A DNA stretch of 15,910 nt, taken from positions 1 through 15,910 of the forward strand of contig CAZPWM010000076.1 in the NCBI GenBank assembly GCA_964590575.1, written 5' to 3'. Each line of letters begins with the position of its first letter. Position 1 is the first letter of the stretch. Positions 14,689 through 15,910 of the stretch are shown one piece after another. This stretch comes from an uncultured archaeon. Lineage in GTDB: Archaea; Asgardarchaeota; Thorarchaeia; Thorarchaeales; Thorarchaeaceae. Position numbers and translations under genes: made by a program. The notes beneath the pieces were generated by a model. The model was not told the origin of the DNA. It did not search any database and saw only the letters and a list, made by a program, of their open reading frames with translations.

Positions 14689-14712
14689 GGTTAACAAGTT
14701 AACCCTGTTTTT
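14687..14712 (+). terminator. Hairpin plus T-tract, putative terminator of the propeller / Kelch-phosphoesterase operon
   Basis: AGGGTTAAC(14687-14695)-AA-GTTAACCCT(14698-14706) is a perfect inverted repeat overlapping the TAG stop, followed by GTTTTT. Confidence 0.65.
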
Positions 14713-15132
14713 CACCCTATCATCAGCTTATATCCTAATAACGCTAGAGAGGTCATACCCACTTTCTGAATCAAAGAGACCCAATGAAGACACATCAAAT
14801 AAATCGCCCCCATATACTCAGAATTCGAATATGGAATGTTGAGATAGTTATAGGTCTTCCACAGTAAGCACTGATGATAACATCCTACATAGCTATTACT
14901 CTAAGAAAAGTAACTATTGTTAAAAAAATAGCCAAGATGAAAACAAATAACCAACAGTTAATGAATATGTAGAAATTTTAATGACGACCGAGATGAAGCA
15001 CTGGTCAGTCACGTGATTGAATAGTGAATTCTTTTGAGGCCTACCAAATTAGTGAACGGGGATTCGTATTTGCTAGTTCTTTGAAAGAACCTGTAATGAT
15101 TTGAAAAAGTTCAAATTCCTTGAGGTCTCTGT

Positions 15133-15660
15133 TTGGGTATGGGAGCGGAAAGTTTCGATAGGAAGACAAAAAACCGCATCATTATTGGATGTGTCTTCGT
15201 TATTGCTGTCATTATCACTGCAGTATTCATAGTACAGACTCAGAACCAAGAAGTTCCGGTCTTTAGTAACACGGAATACAACGTCAGATCATATCCATAT
15301 TATTTCAGAGCAGCCTTTGAAGTATCGGATCATTCTAGTTTAGATGCACATCTTCGGATAAAGATGGAGTGTCAGGGGCTTTCGAGTACAGAAGGTACTT
15401 GGTTGAACTATAGGATCTACCTTGGTAATGTATCCATTTTGGACACCTATCACGATCCTGAGAATTCAACTGTCGATTGGTTGATGAGTGAAGATGGTTT
15501 GACGTTAAGGGTTAGTGGGGCTACAGTCCAGACTTCATTTAATGAGGTCACGGATTTCATTCTGGCACCTGGTGAATACGTCTGGGTACACTACATAACT
15601 TCACAAGTGACTGTCACAGCTGATGTATTTTCAGTTACTCTATCCATTGTATATCGATGA
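15133..15660 (+). CDS. Hypothetical protein with an N-terminal membrane anchor and beta-rich soluble domain
   Basis: GAGGT upstream; the start is TTG 15133 or ATG 15139. Basic RKTKNR is followed by IIIGCVFVIAVIITAVFIV and then alternating beta-strand patterns. Confidence 0.8.
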   Translation: MGMGAESFDRKTKNRIIIGCVFVIAVIITAVFIVQTQNQEVPVFSNTEYNVRSYPYYFRAAFEVSDHSSLDAHLRIKMECQGLSSTEGTWLNYRIYLGNVSILDTYHDPENSTVDWLMSEDGLTLRVSGATVQTSFNEVTDFILAPGEYVWVHYITSQVTVTADVFSVTLSIVYR

Positions 15661-15841
15661 TGGACCAACCAAAATGTTGGCTATTTTGGAGTCGGTATCC
15701 TATTGATTTAGTTGGAGATATCATATGGATTGAGAAATCATGTTCGCTGACCTAGAGAATGAGGAAAAATGTTGAAGGAAAGTGTTTCTAAATTGGAGTT
15801 CGACATTTTGTGAAGAAATTCTCGGCAAAATAAGAAACGCT

Positions 15842-15910
15842 CTTAAGCAGGATTTAGAGAGATGCAAATAGAGGAGATATTTCTTGACAGATTACTAAAT
15901 CCTGCTTAAG
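15842..15910. repeat. Perfect 16-bp inverted repeat with a 37-bp spacer at the window end
   Basis: CTTAAGCAGGATTTAG (15842-15857) is the exact reverse complement of CTAAATCCTGCTTAAG (15895-15910). Confidence 0.9.

Overview
Gene-dense window that looks archaeal. GGTGA/GGAGG Shine-Dalgarno motifs, TATA-like boxes, acidic sequon-rich surface proteins and DTxxPxW Ig-like stalk repeats suggest an Asgard archaeon, probably Thorarchaeia (inference). From left to right it holds: the 3' end of a probable N4/N6 DNA methyltransferase missed by the ORF track; two tandem paralogues with a C-terminal zinc ribbon; a GNAT acetyltransferase resembling NAT16; and a giant 2309-aa membrane-anchored C25 (gingipain-family, clan CD) cysteine protease with GATase-like, CARDB, NIDO-like and Ig-like modules. 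These are followed by a 4-TM protein, a zinc-finger protein with an N-terminal PCNA-binding (PIP-box-like) motif, a 7-bladed beta-propeller surface protein, a Kelch-propeller/metallophosphoesterase surface protein and a small membrane-anchored protein. A perfect 16-bp inverted repeat ends exactly at the last base of the window. The most notable system-level feature is the cluster of three modular, C-terminally anchored surface proteins, two of which share a stalk repeat. No RNA genes, CRISPR arrays or transposases were seen.
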